From a plasmid: a DNA stretch of 64,000 nt. The notes beneath the pieces are model-generated. The model made no database searches, had not been told where the DNA came from, and saw only the letters and a list, made by a program, of their open reading frames with translations. Both the position numbers and the translations under genes were made by a program. This document shows, piece after piece, positions 63,803 through 64,000 of this stretch; within the stretch, counting starts at the first letter, position 1, and each line of letters begins with the position of its first letter. Location: assembly GCF_056712565.1 (NCBI RefSeq), contig NZ_JBWXXM010000004.1; one strand, given 5' to 3'.

Positions 63803-64000
63803 TTATGCTGCCTCTTTAATGTTGGCGGCTATCCATGCCGCCGTGTGCTGTTTAACCTGGTCCAGGTCGATGTATGTGCCAACATATTGACTCAAATCCT
63901 GCAAGGTACCGATAAATGCATCGGTGCTCTGATCGACGAATTTATCAGCCAGGAAATCAGCAACCAGTTTTGGCACACCATCATGTACCGAAGGTTGTTT
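63803..64000 (-). CDS. partial CDS, C-terminal 65 codons; gene continues past window end (ddrA-like position)
   Basis: Open minus-strand frame from window end to TAA at 63803-63805, 13 nt upstream of ddrB start. Confidence 0.4.
   Translation of the reverse strand, partial: KQPSVHDGVPKLVADFLADKFVDQSTDAFIGTLQDLSQYVGTYIDLDQVKQHTAAWIAANIKEAA

Overview
This window reads as a contiguous segment of a P1-family temperate phage / phage-plasmid, not an integrated prophage (no integrase or att junctions seen). Order along the + strand: partition site parS and parB-parA (minus strand); a T5orf172-like gene; a RepA iteron replicon with GATC cluster and DnaA box; overlapped spanin-like pair; RdgC-like hrdC; bifunctional C5/Dam-like methyltransferase dmt; three tRNAs (Asn, Thr, CAT) embedded in a hairpin-repeat-rich non-coding region; TerB-like tciA; DnaB-like ban; a minus-strand baseplate/tail block; a pmg-like cluster (TraR zinc finger, VRR-NUC, DUF115-like paralogs, Ser/Thr phosphatase ppp, HAD phosphatase, ASCH, PAPS-reductase-like); a variable region of Ea22-like paralogs and a PD-(D/E)xK nuclease; hot, LexA box, humD, phd-doc; lpa, pac site, pacA-pacB; c1-coi immunity; loxP-cra-cre; ref; mat; lxc-ulx-darB; prt-pro; SAR endolysin lyz; ssb; ddrB. 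The most notable accessory gene is a 378-aa RelA/SpoT-domain protein (CapRel-type fused toxin-antitoxin candidate) at 46527-47663, sitting where a type III res/mod would be in P1. Other points worth a second look are a five-copy hairpin repeat family around the tRNAs, a T5orf172 nuclease-like gene wedged into the replicon, and three homopolymer-associated frameshifts (including pacA). All homology calls are from motif recognition and memory of the P1 map; no database search was run, and gene names are P1 analogies.
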